Part shown: one piece after another, positions 10,323 through 25,639 of the stretch
Layout: every line of letters begins with the position of its first letter
Numbering within the stretch: the first letter of the stretch is position 1
Source of the DNA: Octopus bimaculoides
Lineage: Eukaryota
Direction: 5' to 3'
Assembly (NCBI RefSeq): GCF_001194135.2
Contig: NC_068995.1
Location: 29,517,643 to 29,550,473, forward strand
Length of the DNA: 32,831 nt
Program-made: the position numbers and the translations under genes
Notes under the pieces: model-generated
Told to the model about the DNA's origin: nothing
Database searches by the model: none
What the model saw: the letters and a program-made list of their open reading frames with translations, nothing else

Positions 10323-11559
10323 AGATCATAAACTCACGTGGTTTGACGTCGGTGTGGAAGCTGAAAAACCTGCTGTATTATATTTGGTTACAAAATCTAG
10401 ATGTGGTAATTATCAACAGGGCTAGGATTTCCAAGAACTAGCTTGCTCTCCTTCTGGCAGACAACGAGATCCATACTTCTTTCGCTAGTCCGATTTGAGA
10501 GATGAGAGTACAGTATCGGAAGGGTAAGAATATAAAGGTAAGGACGATCTTTCTAACCGCAGATAATAGGCTGGTGGTCATAGACGTGTGTATCAATGGC
10601 GGTATAGTGCTTTTAGACAAGTGGCTGTTTGTACTTCGATAAGTAAAAGAAGAACGAAGTCTTCAGACGTCATGAGGCGTCTCTAAGAATATCGCGCTCA
10701 TGAACATTAGTGGGCGACTGGAATTGTATTTTAGGCGATCGGCACATCATTGGAAGAATATGAAAAGTTGACGGGAGCAAAACTTAACCTGGAAAAGTCG
10801 GTGGGCATGCAACTCAGCACATGGAGAGGCAAGTCCATGCCGTCCAACAGCGTCGTTGGATGCTGGACGGACGGACCGGTAAAGTTGCATGGGGTTTGGT
10901 TCGGACCGGATCTCCAGGTGGATAAGAATTGGGACGAGGTCATCTACTACCGCCTGACAGTCGTGCCTTGCCCCGTTCGCACCTCGCCATGTTGGAATGC
11001 CTCCTCTTCATATTCTTGTGGAAGGGACTGGTTTCATTGGTGAGGCGGTCCATCTGCTGCCAACACCCTCTACGCGGAAGGCTGGGAATGCCGTGGCTAA
11101 TGATGCGCAGACATGTGCTGAGGCTGTGGTATCTCCAAATATTCTGTTTAAACGGTGAACAGGTGTGGTCGCTGTTTATCAAACAAGCCTTTCCCCAGCT
11201 CGTCTCCCTGACTGAGCTGCAATCCAGGGTCAAGAAGAGACCGAGACAAGGTGACTGGCATCTGGAATGTCACCAGGCACTCACTGCCCTCTACCAAGCG
11301 GGCAATGCGATCAGTGGAACATCTACTCTCGAGTTCTATACAGGGTTAGTGGAGGAAAAGAGCGATGACGCACTCGGTGAGGCGGTAGGCGAAGACGAAG
11401 TCGAACTGACCAGTCTGTTCCGGAGCCAGAACACACTAACCATTGATTGGTAAGTGTTTTGTCAACATCGCATTTTTTTTTTTTTTTGTATTTGTCATTG
11501 AGAGGTTTTTCTTGCCATTTTTCATTATTATTGATGTTGTTGTTATTATTATCCTTGTT

Positions 11560-11705
<146 letters not shown>

Positions 11706-12259
11706 CGTTATTGTTATTTTGTTCGAGTCTCTCGTAATTGTTTGAATTTAACTGTCATCGTAAAATCTTACTTCAAATTTTTGAGTAAAATTCTAAAAGA
11801 TTCTGAAGGGTTACTCAGCTCTTTGCGTTTCTGCTTTCGGTGAGGAATTTGTTAATCATTTGCTGAAAATTTGCTCATCTCATTAACAAATTTTTAAAAT
11901 AATTATTTCGCAAAACGTCCAGGGAGGGAAAATAGATGTTGGAAAAGTTGTGCTGACGAACATACCATCGCCACCACTAGTACCGACCGAAACAAAATTA
12001 ACAACATTAGCAGCTGTAGGAACATGTCAGGCAAAGAAACGTGCAGAATTATCAGCACGAGAGTTGTCCTTGCCATCGACGTCACCACATTAACAGCAAA
12101 CAATAGCGACAGAAACACAACCACCCCAATAATAACAATAACCGCAGTAACGACGACAAAAGTTATAGCAACAGCAGCAGCAAACGCAAAGATAACGTCA
12201 TCAACATGGCAGAACACGAACCAATAATATCATCACCAACAACAATAACTACAATAATA

Positions 12260-15200
12260 GCAAAGCTTCCTTTGCTGGAGTGACCTCCAGTCTCTCTCCA
12301 GAAGATAAGAGGGTGAAATTACAGAACACCACTCGATTTAGGAAAAATCAGAGGAGAAGGTTAAAGCTTGCGACCCCTCCTGAAGCTCTACCTGCAACCG
12401 TTAAAAGTTTATTCTACACTGCTGTGCGAGTATAATAACATGTTGCCTGAACGACTTCGAATGCACACATAGAAAGCGCCCTCTGCAATGCATGGTAAGC
12501 AACATATATCTGAAGCAAGTTAGATCGGGAATGGGAGAGCGAATTTCTATTTGAGACTGAGAAGCCTACAGTACAACATTCAGTAGTCGTTTGTCGCGGT
12601 GGGGACTTCGATCTCTTCCACACTTAATAGAGCAGTAGGGGGCTAAAGTTAACAATACCAAGAGTCCAACGGAATTAGCTCGCTAATGGATATTGGTATG
12701 CATAATGTTAGAGGGGCGCAAAGCTGCTTGGTGTGAAGAGAGTGGGGTGATTTGGGATCACACTAGAGGTCCTGCTCTGTGTAAAGCGTGAGCATTTGGA
12801 AAGAATCCGAAAGGGGCGGACCTACATGTAAATGTGGAAGGCAGGCTTTCGAAATGCTAAGTGGGTAGAACATTTGATCATAACAAATTAATCGCCTCCC
12901 AGGGTATATCCCAACTCTGCATTCTCTCTACCCCGCCCCCATTTCTGCCCTCCTACATGCACAAACACAGACATACACACACAAGAAAACATGCGCTTGC
13001 TTTCGTCTAAGTTGGAACTTCCTGACCATACCTCTGATGAAGAAAGAGGGCAAGAAAGGTTAAACCAAAAATGAAAAAAAGAACATCAAAGAAAGGGTTA
13101 AAAAACGTTAAGAAACATTAAAGAAGTTATACAAAACATAAAACAACACCAACTCCACATCTCTCCCATTTAACGCTATGTCTACAACAACAACAACAAC
13201 AATAGCAAAAACACCAGCAACACCATAACCTCTACTCATAGCAACTAAAAGAAAACATAACAAAACAACGAAAACACAAGAGAAAAACTAGTATCTGCAT
13301 AATGCCAACAACGACCAGAACGAAAGCAGCAACAATTTGCACCCACATTCAGTTTTGTCCTGGTAAGAAGTAAAAATAAAGGACTGCAATTCAAAAGTAC
13401 AAAGTGGAGACATAAGGATAGAGGGGTGGGCCTATAATAAAAGCGCAGAGGAAATCCCAGAGAACTTGAAATTTGTAAGGCTGCCAGTAGACAAATATAA
13501 GAAAATGAAATTTTCTAAATGACATTCGAAACTCCAGCGTCAGGCAACTTCAAAGGCTCCCCGCAAAACCCTACATGGTGAAGGTATTTTTTTATATAAC
13601 CGATTGCCTAAAGAAACATCTTTAAGTTAGGTGACCTGTTTTTCTTTGTTCTTTCCTTCTACCAACAAGACAACTTTAAAAGTAGGTTGAATAAATGCGC
13701 ATTCATGAGCCAATCTGGAATCAGGGACACTTGCTCAATGACCTCAAGTCATCAGCTAGGGATATGATAACCATAAGTGATACTAGGATGTTCAGTACAC
13801 ATGCCGTAGCGTCCATTTTTGATGACTGATATCTACACATCTGTAAGGGACCTGGAATGGGAGGTGGATTGACAGCGTTGTTTTAGAAAAACTTTGAATC
13901 TCGAGAAACAGTCGATCTTCCTGGGCCCGAAAAGGAAACTGATTATCTTGGATGTGAAATGTAACGAAGGAGTGCCTTCAGACCAGCAGCTGTCTATAAC
14001 CTCGTCAGGGCAACCAGATTTCTTTAGGAGTCTGGAGATTTTCCTTGGAACGTCAGAATGCTTTAGCGTTAATGGACAACTGGAACGATATCTTGGATGC
14101 ACGTTTGGATTGTGTGGTGTTAACTGATAAGAGAGTTGGGTGCAAAAGCATCACAAACCTGTTCATACGATTCCAACTGTTTGACAGGTAGTGACTAGAT
14201 TTCCCGAATGCCCAGATGTGAACACGGGCAAACAGCATCGGTTTATCTAAAACGTGTCTAGGTGGAGTATTGTGTAGACAAACTAACAGGGACAGTATAG
14301 GTTACCCACAATTCAAAGTGGTCGGCTACTTACACTAAACATTTTTATCTGTACTATCGACCTTGACAAGCAGAATAGAAACCTGATTATTGGAAACAGA
14401 ACGCGTCTTTTCAGGCATGCCAAGTTTGTAGTTACCGGATTAGAGAATAAATTAAGAGGAAGTTAACAAAGGCATTCATCAATAACCGATGGTGGTCAGC
14501 TCAAACATGGCTATTAGATTAAAAACAACATGGATTAGTAAAGAAATAGTGATAGAGTAGAGGAAAAGCTAGTTAGTATCCCAGAGGAGGTACCAAGGAA
14601 AGGCTTTGCCACTGACGCGCTGACGGCAAGATTGACTCTTGAGCAAGTCTTCAATGCTAACCACGAAGGTTGTGCTGTCAGGGCACAAAGGTGCACGCTA
14701 TAAGGTATGAGGGAACGAAAGCTGTTTGATGGTCCTGTAAGGCAGAAGCACAACGTGGCAACAAAGCCACAATTCGGTCTTTGACGGATCAGCAAAAGCG
14801 CATGGTACTTCGTTCCGAGCAGATGTGTGCAGCTTTCCAGCGACATTTAGCTCAACTGTTTAGGGCGGTTGGAGACAGAGTGGACCTTACCACCTACCTA
14901 AATGACCTACCGCAGATCACGACTAGATGCAAAGTTCTGCGAAAGGCCGATAACAGCTAATGACATACAGGAAGTGATGGTTGGCTGCACAAGTAATAAG
15001 TCACCAAGTTTGGATGCTCTGCCTTACAAGCTTTACTTTTATATGTCATCTTACTCGGAGGTCTCTTGACAAATGTCTACTGCAACTGGCAGCAGAATGG
15101 AAAATTTCCCAATTCTGCGAAATGAGGTGTAAGTAGTGCTACAGAGAAAGGACCCGAACAAGGGAGTTGATTTTGACAAACTCAGGCCAGTAATACTACA

Positions 15201-16712
15201 AAATGTAGAATTTAAGATCTTGGCCAATGTAATAACCAAAGATCGGCACAGATATATGCAATTTTATGTCGTCACCTTAATAATCTTGGGACAGATCGGC
15301 ACTTTTCTGAGAAAAAAAAATTGACAAAAGAAAAGATTAACCAGGAAAAGTCGATGGGCCTGCAGCTCGGCATCTGGAGAGTCATATTCATGCTGCCTGG
15401 GGTTACTGACCGGTTGCATTATTCGGTGTCTGATTTGGTTGAGATCTCTAGGTAGACAAGAACTGGTTCGAGATGACAAGCAGTGTCACTAATTTCACCC
15501 TGAAGGGTAGGGCGGGGTGGAGAACGCCTACATTGCATCTATCACCTGCTACTACCTGGCTATTGTGTCATGCCCGGCTCCGTTGATGACCCGACTGGAG
15601 TGTCAACTCTTCCACTTACTGTGGAAGGGACGGATTCTGGTGGACAGACGCTCCATTCACTGTCAACATCTGCTGCTTTGAGGGCTGAGCATGCAGTGGC
15701 TAATGAGATGCAGAGGTTGCGACATTTCTTGCGCTTCCTTGACGGCGTGTAGGTGCGGTCACCTTTATTAGACTCACTTTGACAGAGTTGCAGTCTTGGA
15801 TTAGGCATAGACCGAGGCCGGGCACCCGACACCTAAAGTATCGTCAGAGGCTCAAAGTTTTCTGCCAGTCGAACAATGTGGTCGTTGGAAGCTTCACCAT
15901 AAGTTTCTATATAGGATTTGTGATAAGCGAGAGCGACTACATATTCAAGAAAGACTTTGGACGTCGCCGGAAATAAACTGGCTTCTCTGTTTCGGAGGAC
16001 TTTCGGTCAAGGGCCTATGAATAATTTCTAGAAATCCTTGGTCCGGCAATGCTGCCGGGGTGTGGTGAGAGATATTACCGTTTCAGGATAAACTCTATAG
16101 GCATGGCGGTGTCGTCCACCAGGCCTGCACATGATGCACGCGCTCGTAGTGTACTAACATTGCTGACTTGTGGAGTGCGAGTAAGAAGTGTCTGGCTATC
16201 AGCCGACACTATTGTGAAGATCACTCCACCACCTTCCTTTGACTGAGAAGGGATAACAGCGTTCCTCGGTCTGGTGACTATAGTGAGGGATGTTGTATGG
16301 TGAACTAGACTGAAATTACTGACTGCAGATACTTTCCTCTCCTGCCGTTGACTCTTCTAAGTGCCATTTGTAAAGGAAGGTGAGGTTTGAAAGGAAGGCG
16401 CTGCTCTCCAAAAATTTGTTAATAAGTGGGTTAATATGGTGAAGATGGCTCCGATGAGTGGGCCTAAGCTTACACCTATAGAATGGACTGAATTGATAGG
16501 AGTGGAACACTTGGCAGCTGGGGTAATCCAAGATCTGTCGGATTCTTTGGTTACTGTTGGGTGATACTATCCCCTATTTGGTAATTTTGTTATTATAATA
16601 CTCTTGTTAATTACTATTGTTTATTTTGTTTATACGTGCATATGTAAATCTGTCCTTTGTTTTTGACTTATCCTAAATGTTTTTGTTGCGATTGTGTCCA
16701 GTAAAGAAAAAT
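12260..16712 (+). mobile_element. Decayed L1/Tx1-like LINE, same family as 9700-11450 (ORF1 remnants, APE, partial RT, C-terminus, 3' UTR)
   Basis: APE: GHLLNDLK...IFLGPKRKLIILDV...GQPDFFRSLEIFLGTS (13700-14100). RT start NKSPSLDALPYKLY and RPVILQNVEFKILANV (about 14990-15235). Later LECQLFHLLWKG..LTELQSWIRHRPR matches the 10929 copy. Ends TTGTGTCCAGTAAAGAAAAAT(ATT)n. The 5' boundary is uncertain. Confidence 0.75.
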
Positions 16713-17294
16713 ATTATTATTATTATCATTATTATTATTATTATTATTATTAGTATCATTATTATTATTATTATCGTTATCATCATCATCATCATCATCA
16801 TCATCATCGTTATTATTATCATTATTATTATTTAGATAAACCTGACACCTTTTGTGTCATATATGATTAGAATTGGAATATGGAAATTAGCATTGATTAT
16901 GAAGAGATCCCAAATGGGAATATAAACTGGACCATTGAATAATAACAAAATTCTTTTTTTTTTCCACAAGGGAACTCAGGAACAAAATAATAGTGGTTTC
17001 AACAATGGAAGAACAGCTGAGAAAGATGACCGCTGGAAGATATAAGATTTGAGAACATGTTAAACAATGTACTGACACAGAATTCATATTGAGCTTTTGA
17101 CACTGGATGGTTCGATGCATGAGAAACCCAGCTTAATGTCGGAGTGTTTATATACAATTCATTTTCACAATAACTGAAAGTAAAAGAAAAAACATATTGA
17201 AAATTATTTTGAAAATTATCAAAACTCATACAGTAGATTGGATTAGAAAAATAAGAAATTTAGTCTAGAGGATAAATATACGCTCTCTCTACAA

Positions 17295-17479
17295 CCTATA
17301 TGTAAGAGATGAGGAATTATGTACATTATTTACATTGTTTACATTTGAAGGATATTTGTCCTCATCTTGTTTGTTGTTAACACAACGTTTTGGCTGATAT
17401 ACCCTCCAGCCTTCTTCAAGTGTCTTGGGGAAATTTCGAACCTGGATTCTCATTCCTAAGGTATTTTTCGATGTTATTA

Positions 17480-17521
<42 letters not shown>

Positions 17522-17593
17522 TCACTGCCTGGAATCGAACTCGGAATCTTGGGGTTAGTAGCCCGCGCTCTGAACTACTACGCCATATACCCG
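17295..17593 (-). mobile_element. tRNA-Arg-like-headed SINE-type element with (AAT)n spacer and hammerhead-containing tail (copy A)
   Basis: Reverse-complement head GGGTATATGGCGTAGTAGTTCAGAGCGCGGGCTACTAACCCCAAGATTCCGAGTTCGATTCCAGGCAGTGACC has A and B boxes and resembles tRNA-Arg(ACG). It is followed by (AAT)n and a tail matching copies B and C. Confidence 0.75.
17379..17424 (-). ncRNA. Minimal type I hammerhead ribozyme motif (C3 and G12 mutated)
   Basis: Reverse complement: GACAC TTGAAGA A GGCTG-N10-CAGCC AAAAC GTT GTGTT. Confidence 0.5.
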
Positions 17594-17595
17594 TA

Positions 17596-17614
17596 CTGGT
17601 TAAGAGCGCAGTGA

Positions 17615-17704
<90 letters not shown>

Positions 17705-17859
17705 TAATAATATCGAAAAATACCTTAGGAATGAGAACCCATGTTCGAAATTTCCCCAAGACACCTGATGAAGGCTGGAGAGTATATCAGCCAAAACGTT
17801 GTGTTAACAACAAACAAGATGAGGACAAATATCCGTCAAATTAAATAATGTAAATAATG
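17596..17859 (+). mobile_element. Copy B of the same element, head internally deleted, head-to-head with copy A
   Basis: GGTTAAGAGCGC|AGTGACCTG(AAT)n ATCGAAAAATACCTTAGGAATGAGAACCC...GAGGACAAATATCCGTCAAAT; reverse complement of 17325-17527. Confidence 0.8.
17760..17805 (+). ncRNA. Minimal type I hammerhead ribozyme motif (G12 mutated)
   Basis: GACAC CTGATGA A GGCTG-N10-CAGCC AAAAC GTT GTGTT. Confidence 0.6.
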
Positions 17860-17968
17860 AACTTAGTTTTATTTCAACAAAATATTTTCTATCTCCCCCA
17901 CTTTCTGTCAGTAAAAGACTTCGCAGAAACAAAAGCAAGCTGTTGTCATTTATCAGAAACCATAAGAC

Positions 17969-18174
17969 CGTAAGCTGGCTCAATCGTTAGCACGCCATAC
18001 AAAATACTCAACGGCATTGTCCTTACGTTCTGAGTTCAAACTCTGCAGAAGTCAACTTTGCTTTTCATCCTTTTGGGATCAATGAAATAAGTACCAGTCG
18101 AGAATCGGGGTCGATGTAATCAAGGATCCCTCTCCTCTCCCTTAAACGTTCAGGCCTTGTGACTTTAGAAAGGT
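17969..18174 (+). mobile_element. SINE, main family, diverged
   Basis: AGCTGGCTCAATCGTTAGCACGCC...GAGTTCAAACTC...CTTTTCATCCTTTTGGG...AAGTACCAG...GGCCTTGTG..TAGAAAGG. Confidence 0.8.
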
Positions 18175-19999
18175 TATTTATCAGAAGTCATGTCTGATTA
18201 TTTGCAATATCACCCCTTAACATTTCAAACAGAAATATTTTAGAGAGAAATAAAAGAGAAAAATATAACTTTTGTTCGTTAATTAAGGAGAAAGTGCAGT
18301 GCACGATTTTTGCAGCGCTTTGTCGACTAGTGTTAGTAATGTGTCTGAATATTAGCCTGAAACTCCGCAGTCCACTGCCACTGGAAAAGAAAGACATGAG
18401 TGGGGATTGCACAAGGAGTTTGATTGGATTGCTCCCAACAAAGTCAATATTGCTGAAGACATCCCACAGCATGATATTAGTTTCAAATAACATGAAGTAT
18501 TATCATTTCAGCAGTATTAAAAAGGCTGTTCAAACGAAAGGGAAAAGAAAGGAATTAGAATGTTGGTAAGAGAGAATATATAACCTTGATCGGTAGGTAT
18601 AAAATGAGCAGTGAATACCTAATATGCGTACAATGAAGGCATGGGTAGAGAAAATGTGCAGTAGCATTTATGCCAGGTGTGTGGTGAAGCGAAACTTCAG
18701 ATGAGGCATATATACACAAGTGCGGTGTATGTATGGCTTTTGTTTAAGAAGTTCGCTTCGCAACCCCATGGTTTCCTGTTCCCCATGTTACCTTGATATA
18801 TACATGGAAGTCATGAAAAACCTTATAATGAATGTACTTTCATTTCAAACTAGCCATAACAAAATATATGATTGTTGTAATACCCAGTACATCCCCAGGC
18901 CATCAAAAATCGTCTTCCATTAACTACTAAGAGGGTTTTCGATCTACTTGGAAATATGTGGGGAGGAGGGCGAATGGTTATAATTTGTTTCTGAAAACTA
19001 AGCGGTGTGTATCTCGGGCAAAAATGCTTAATTCTCTTTGTGAGAGATGTAATATGATAAAGTTAATCGCAAAAATGTTACTAACATTTGGAAAGGTAAA
19101 AATGATTATGTGCAACATTCATGCCGCCCTAAAAGCTATTAGCAGCATGAGAGGAAATAACTTCAACGAGAAATCATGTTCTCGTGTTGTTGTTGCTTAT
19201 TCCCAGGTCAGCTTGGGAATGGCCAGCTGAAAGCATCTTGTCTTTTCATACATTGGGAACTGCATTATATTGCGTGTTCTTGCTTTATTTAAGGAAGGAA
19301 TAGAAAAAAATCTTTTATTATTCAATGGCCCAATTTTTATTTAAGAAATGATATGAGACTTGTTTGCTACTTCTAGCAGATTAAGTGAACATCCAAAGAA
19401 TGGTGGTTGTAGCAATATCAGTGGGAGATGATGTACAATGGGCAAGACGGTAGCATACAATGACGGTGACCTATAAGCAGGCTCACCAAGCAGACTCTGA
19501 GTATGTACTTGTAATAGTACACAAAAAAAAATGAAGCGTGTAAGAACAATCTTCATTTATAATCTCAACCAAATTCCAATTTTTGCACTTCATTTATGGA
19601 CGTACATAATGACTTCTCACATAGTACAAGTCCACAAATTTGCAGGATGAGGTATCGTAGATTGGTCTCTGTGTAGCCCTGTAGCGTTTACTGATATCAA
19701 CCTTGGAGAGATAAAAAGAAAATAGGTGAGATTTGAACTCAGACCTAAGATGAATAAAGCTAAATACCGAAAAGGGTTTCAATTTCGCATTCTAATTCAT
19801 ATATATCCTGCTAAGCATTGCCTTTCTCTCTCTCCTTAAGTCCCCCACTTCATCCATCTCGCTCCTCTCTTTCTAGCTTCTTTTAATCATCTTCAGGATT
19901 TCACAAAGAGTGTACTCCTGACTCCACATTTAATATGGCTCTTTGCTATCAAATACTTACCAATTACAAAAATACGTTTGCCTTTATTTTTTATTTATT

Positions 20000-20284
<285 letters not shown>

Positions 20285-20345
20285 NNNNNNNNNNNNNNNN
20301 NNNNNNNNNNNNNNNNNNNNNNNNNNNNNNNNNNNNNNNNNNNNN
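20285..20345. other. Assembly gap
   Basis: Run of N. Confidence 1.
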
Positions 20346-20399
20346 TGGCGAGAGTTTGCCCTTTAGGAGCGAATTTTAAGATTTAAAATTGAAAATTCA

Positions 20400-21185
20400 A
20401 TCTTACAAAAGAAAAGAATATCAATGTGGCTTCCCGAATCATGGGAAGTGATGGCTGTTGGAACAGCCATTATAACATTGCTTTCCCACCACTAGCTGAT
20501 GTGGTCAAGAGACGAAGCACAGGCGGTGGCGACAGCAGCAGTAGCAGCAGCAACAACAGCAGCAACATAAGTAGCAGCAGCTATGACGAGCGGGATAAAA
20601 TTTAAAATGACTAAAGTACGGACTCCACCACCACCAACAACAACAGAAACATTAATACCATGAAAACAGCGGCCCTTCTTATTTCTAAGCAAAATGAGAA
20701 CGGGCTTGCACAAGCTTGTCGTACAATGGAAAAATCCGAGTTGATAGAAAAAAAAATGTTAAGTGACGCCAAAGCACACTCAACAATGAATGGCAGGACA
20801 ATTTTCCTGAAAACGACAAAGGAAACACCGGAAGACACTAAAAAAATCACTTTACACAAATATATTTCGATAAAGATCAGGAGACTGGAGTGAGCGACAC
20901 AAGGGCAGATCGAAAATACCTAAGGCCAGTCTGGGGATTAAAAACTTACGTCGCCTGGTGCCTGCATGTGTTTAATTTGTGTTATATTTTGTCATTAAAG
21001 AATCAGAAATCTTTTGACTGATGTTTTGAGGTGGTTTTTTATGCGTCAGAGGAAAATTTTGCCTAAACAAAAAGCTTGAATAAGTTTTTCGGGTGGAACA
21101 AAGCAAAGTGAACTAATTAAACTCTTCCAAGATGACAAGCAGCGAAATTTAGAATGATCGAGGAAAGGAAAGCGTTAAGTGAACC
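20400..21185 (+). mobile_element. Probable LINE ORF1/5' remnant
   Basis: CAG/CAA low-complexity tract plus Lys/Thr-rich broken frames, like those preceding the other Tx1-like copies. No diagnostic motif. Confidence 0.3.
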
Positions 21186-21187
21186 CC

Positions 21188-21247
<60 letters not shown>

Positions 21248-21278
21248 TAATAATAATAATGATAATAATAATAATAAT

Positions 21279-22100
21279 GCCCGGATGCAGTACCAGGCAG
21301 TGGTTCTCATGGCTTCTGATCTTAACTGATTAGAAGTGTTATCATGTACATTGTTTTGTCTTGGTATAAAAAGATGGTCTACAGCAAATATTCTGCTTAA
21401 TACCACAACTTTGCTTGTCAGTTGTTTGACCTTAACCAGTTGAGCATGTCTCTTGGTGGCTGACGATATGTGCATCTCTGATCATGAGCAGAAGTAGTGG
21501 GGGAGCATCATANNNNNNNNNNNNNNNNNNNNNNNNNNNNNNNNNNNNNNNNNNNNNNNNNNNNNNNNNNNNNNNNNNNNNNNNNNNNNNNNNNNNNNNN
21601 NNNNNNNNNNNNNNNNNNNNNNNNNNNNNNNNNNNNNNNNNNNNNNNNNNNNNNNNNNNNNNNNNNNNNNNNNNNNNNNNNNNNNNNNNNNNNNNNNNNN
21701 NNNNNNNNNNNNNNNNNNNNNNNNNNNNNNNNNNNNNNNNNNNNNNNNNNNNNNNNNNNNNNNNNNNNNNNNNNNNNNNNNNNNNNNNNNNNNNNNNNNN
21801 NNNNNNNNNNNNNNNNNNNNNNNNNNNNNNNNNNNNNNNNNNNNNNNNNNNNNNNNNNNNNNNNNNNNNNNNNNNNNNNNNNNNNNNNNNNNNNNNNNNN
21901 NNNNNNNNNNNNNNNNNNNNNNNNNNNNNNNNNNNNNNNNNNCTGTTTATCTTCATATGAGATCACTATGTTACGCACATATGGTTGTGATGCATGTGCC
22001 TGGTGTACCCTTATCAGACAGGTAGTCATGATGGGTATACTGGGCTTCGTATATTTTACCCCAGTGTCACTTTGATGGCATGTCCTGCTCTCTCACTCAA
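21279..22100 (+). mobile_element. Interspersed repeat flanked by (TAA)n on both sides, spanning an N gap; probable LINE 3' UTR
   Basis: Non-coding complex sequence between two (TAA)n tracts, ending CTCTCACTC(AAT)n. Family identity not verifiable here. Confidence 0.4.
21513..21942. other. Assembly gap
   Basis: Run of N. Confidence 1.
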
Positions 22101-22303
22101 TAATAATAATAATAATAACAACCACAACAACATCGAAAAATACTTTAGGAATGAGAACCCAGGTTCGAAATTTCCCCAAGACACCTAATGAAGGCTGGGG
22201 GTACATCAGTCGAAACGTTGTGTTAACAACAAACAAGATGAGGACAAATATCCGTCAAATGTAAATAATGTACATAATTCCTCATCTCTTAAATATAGAA
22301 CTG
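22100..22303 (+). mobile_element. Copy C of the hammerhead-tailed element (headless)
   Basis: (AAT)n ACATCGAAAAATACTTTAGGAATGAGAACCC...CCTCATCTCTTAAATATAGAACT, matching copies A and B. Confidence 0.8.
22180..22224 (+). ncRNA. Minimal type I hammerhead ribozyme motif (G5 mutated, GAAAC intact)
   Basis: GACAC CTAATGA A GGCTG-N9-CAGTC GAAAC GTT GTGTT. Confidence 0.6.
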
Positions 22304-22309
22304 ACACAA

Positions 22310-24690
<2,381 letters not shown>

Positions 24691-24702
24691 TTATTCAATA
24701 GT

Positions 24703-24741
<39 letters not shown>

Positions 24742-25243
24742 GGGGGGGAGAAAGAAAAAAGAAAGAAAGAAAGAAATATCAAATACTATAAAACATAAAT
24801 TGTTGACTTATTGAATTGATCTCTGATTCTAGATGATGCATCATAAATACCAAATGGCAATTTAGATCAGCTCCACTTGCGAAGGGGAGATAATCTGAAG
24901 ATTCTAAATTCTCCAAAGTTGATATGACATCAAAGAAACGGAAATGTTTATTGTCTAGAGATAAGAAGAAAGCCGTAGACGCGTATTTGTGGCCCAATAA
25001 CCCTCATCATCAGGGCAGTTGACCGTCCTTATCTCCAGTAGCCAAGGACTTATACAAAAAAGAGTAGGCCCCATTTCTGGCTTAGGTAGTTTTCATAGTT
25101 TAAACAAAAATGGGACAAGAGAGATAACCCAGAATGGCCAATGACATGTATTAGAACAATTTAGACAGGAATATCAAATGCCATATAACATAAATTCTTG
25201 ACATACATACATACATACATACATACATACATACACACATACA

Positions 25244-25279
<36 letters not shown>

Positions 25280-25299
25280 TTAACGTGTATGGAGAGTGC

Positions 25300-25330
<31 letters not shown>

Positions 25331-25639
25331 TATAATACAGTGGATAATCTAACTAACTGTTTCCAGCATCATTAACTTATGAGTCGGCTGTGTTTCATCT
25401 CCTCAAAATATATTATTATTCCAGTGTGTACATACCATTAGATATCAATGTACCTACTATATATACATTTTTTTAACACAAACAGAACATCTTTGTGGTC
25501 ATTCGGCCTGCTATAAATAAGAGACTGAGTAACCACGCAGGGTGGGTGGTCATGGCTTGAATGACTTTGGTTATACGTAAATTTGGTGAAGGCTGATATG
25601 GGGTTTAAAATCAACAGCAATAATTTTGAATACAATATA

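Larger units (their letters stand above)
9700..11450 (+). mobile_element. Decayed, internally deleted L1/Tx1-like LINE
   Basis: APE-like start IINSRGL...LDVVII at about 10325. Post-RT region YEKLTGAKLNLEKS...GVWFG...NWDEV, IYYRLTVVPCP, LFIFLWKG...VRRSICCQ...LGMP. Stops and frameshifts throughout; boundaries approximate. Confidence 0.75.

Noticed and set aside
17520-17593. Functional tRNA gene
   Set aside because: The acceptor stem does not pair, the anticodon arm is altered, there is no T-run terminator, and it runs into the repeat body. It is a SINE head.
21432-22075. Long ORFs of 158-255 aa here and at 28716-29494
   Set aside because: Artefacts of reading through N gaps.
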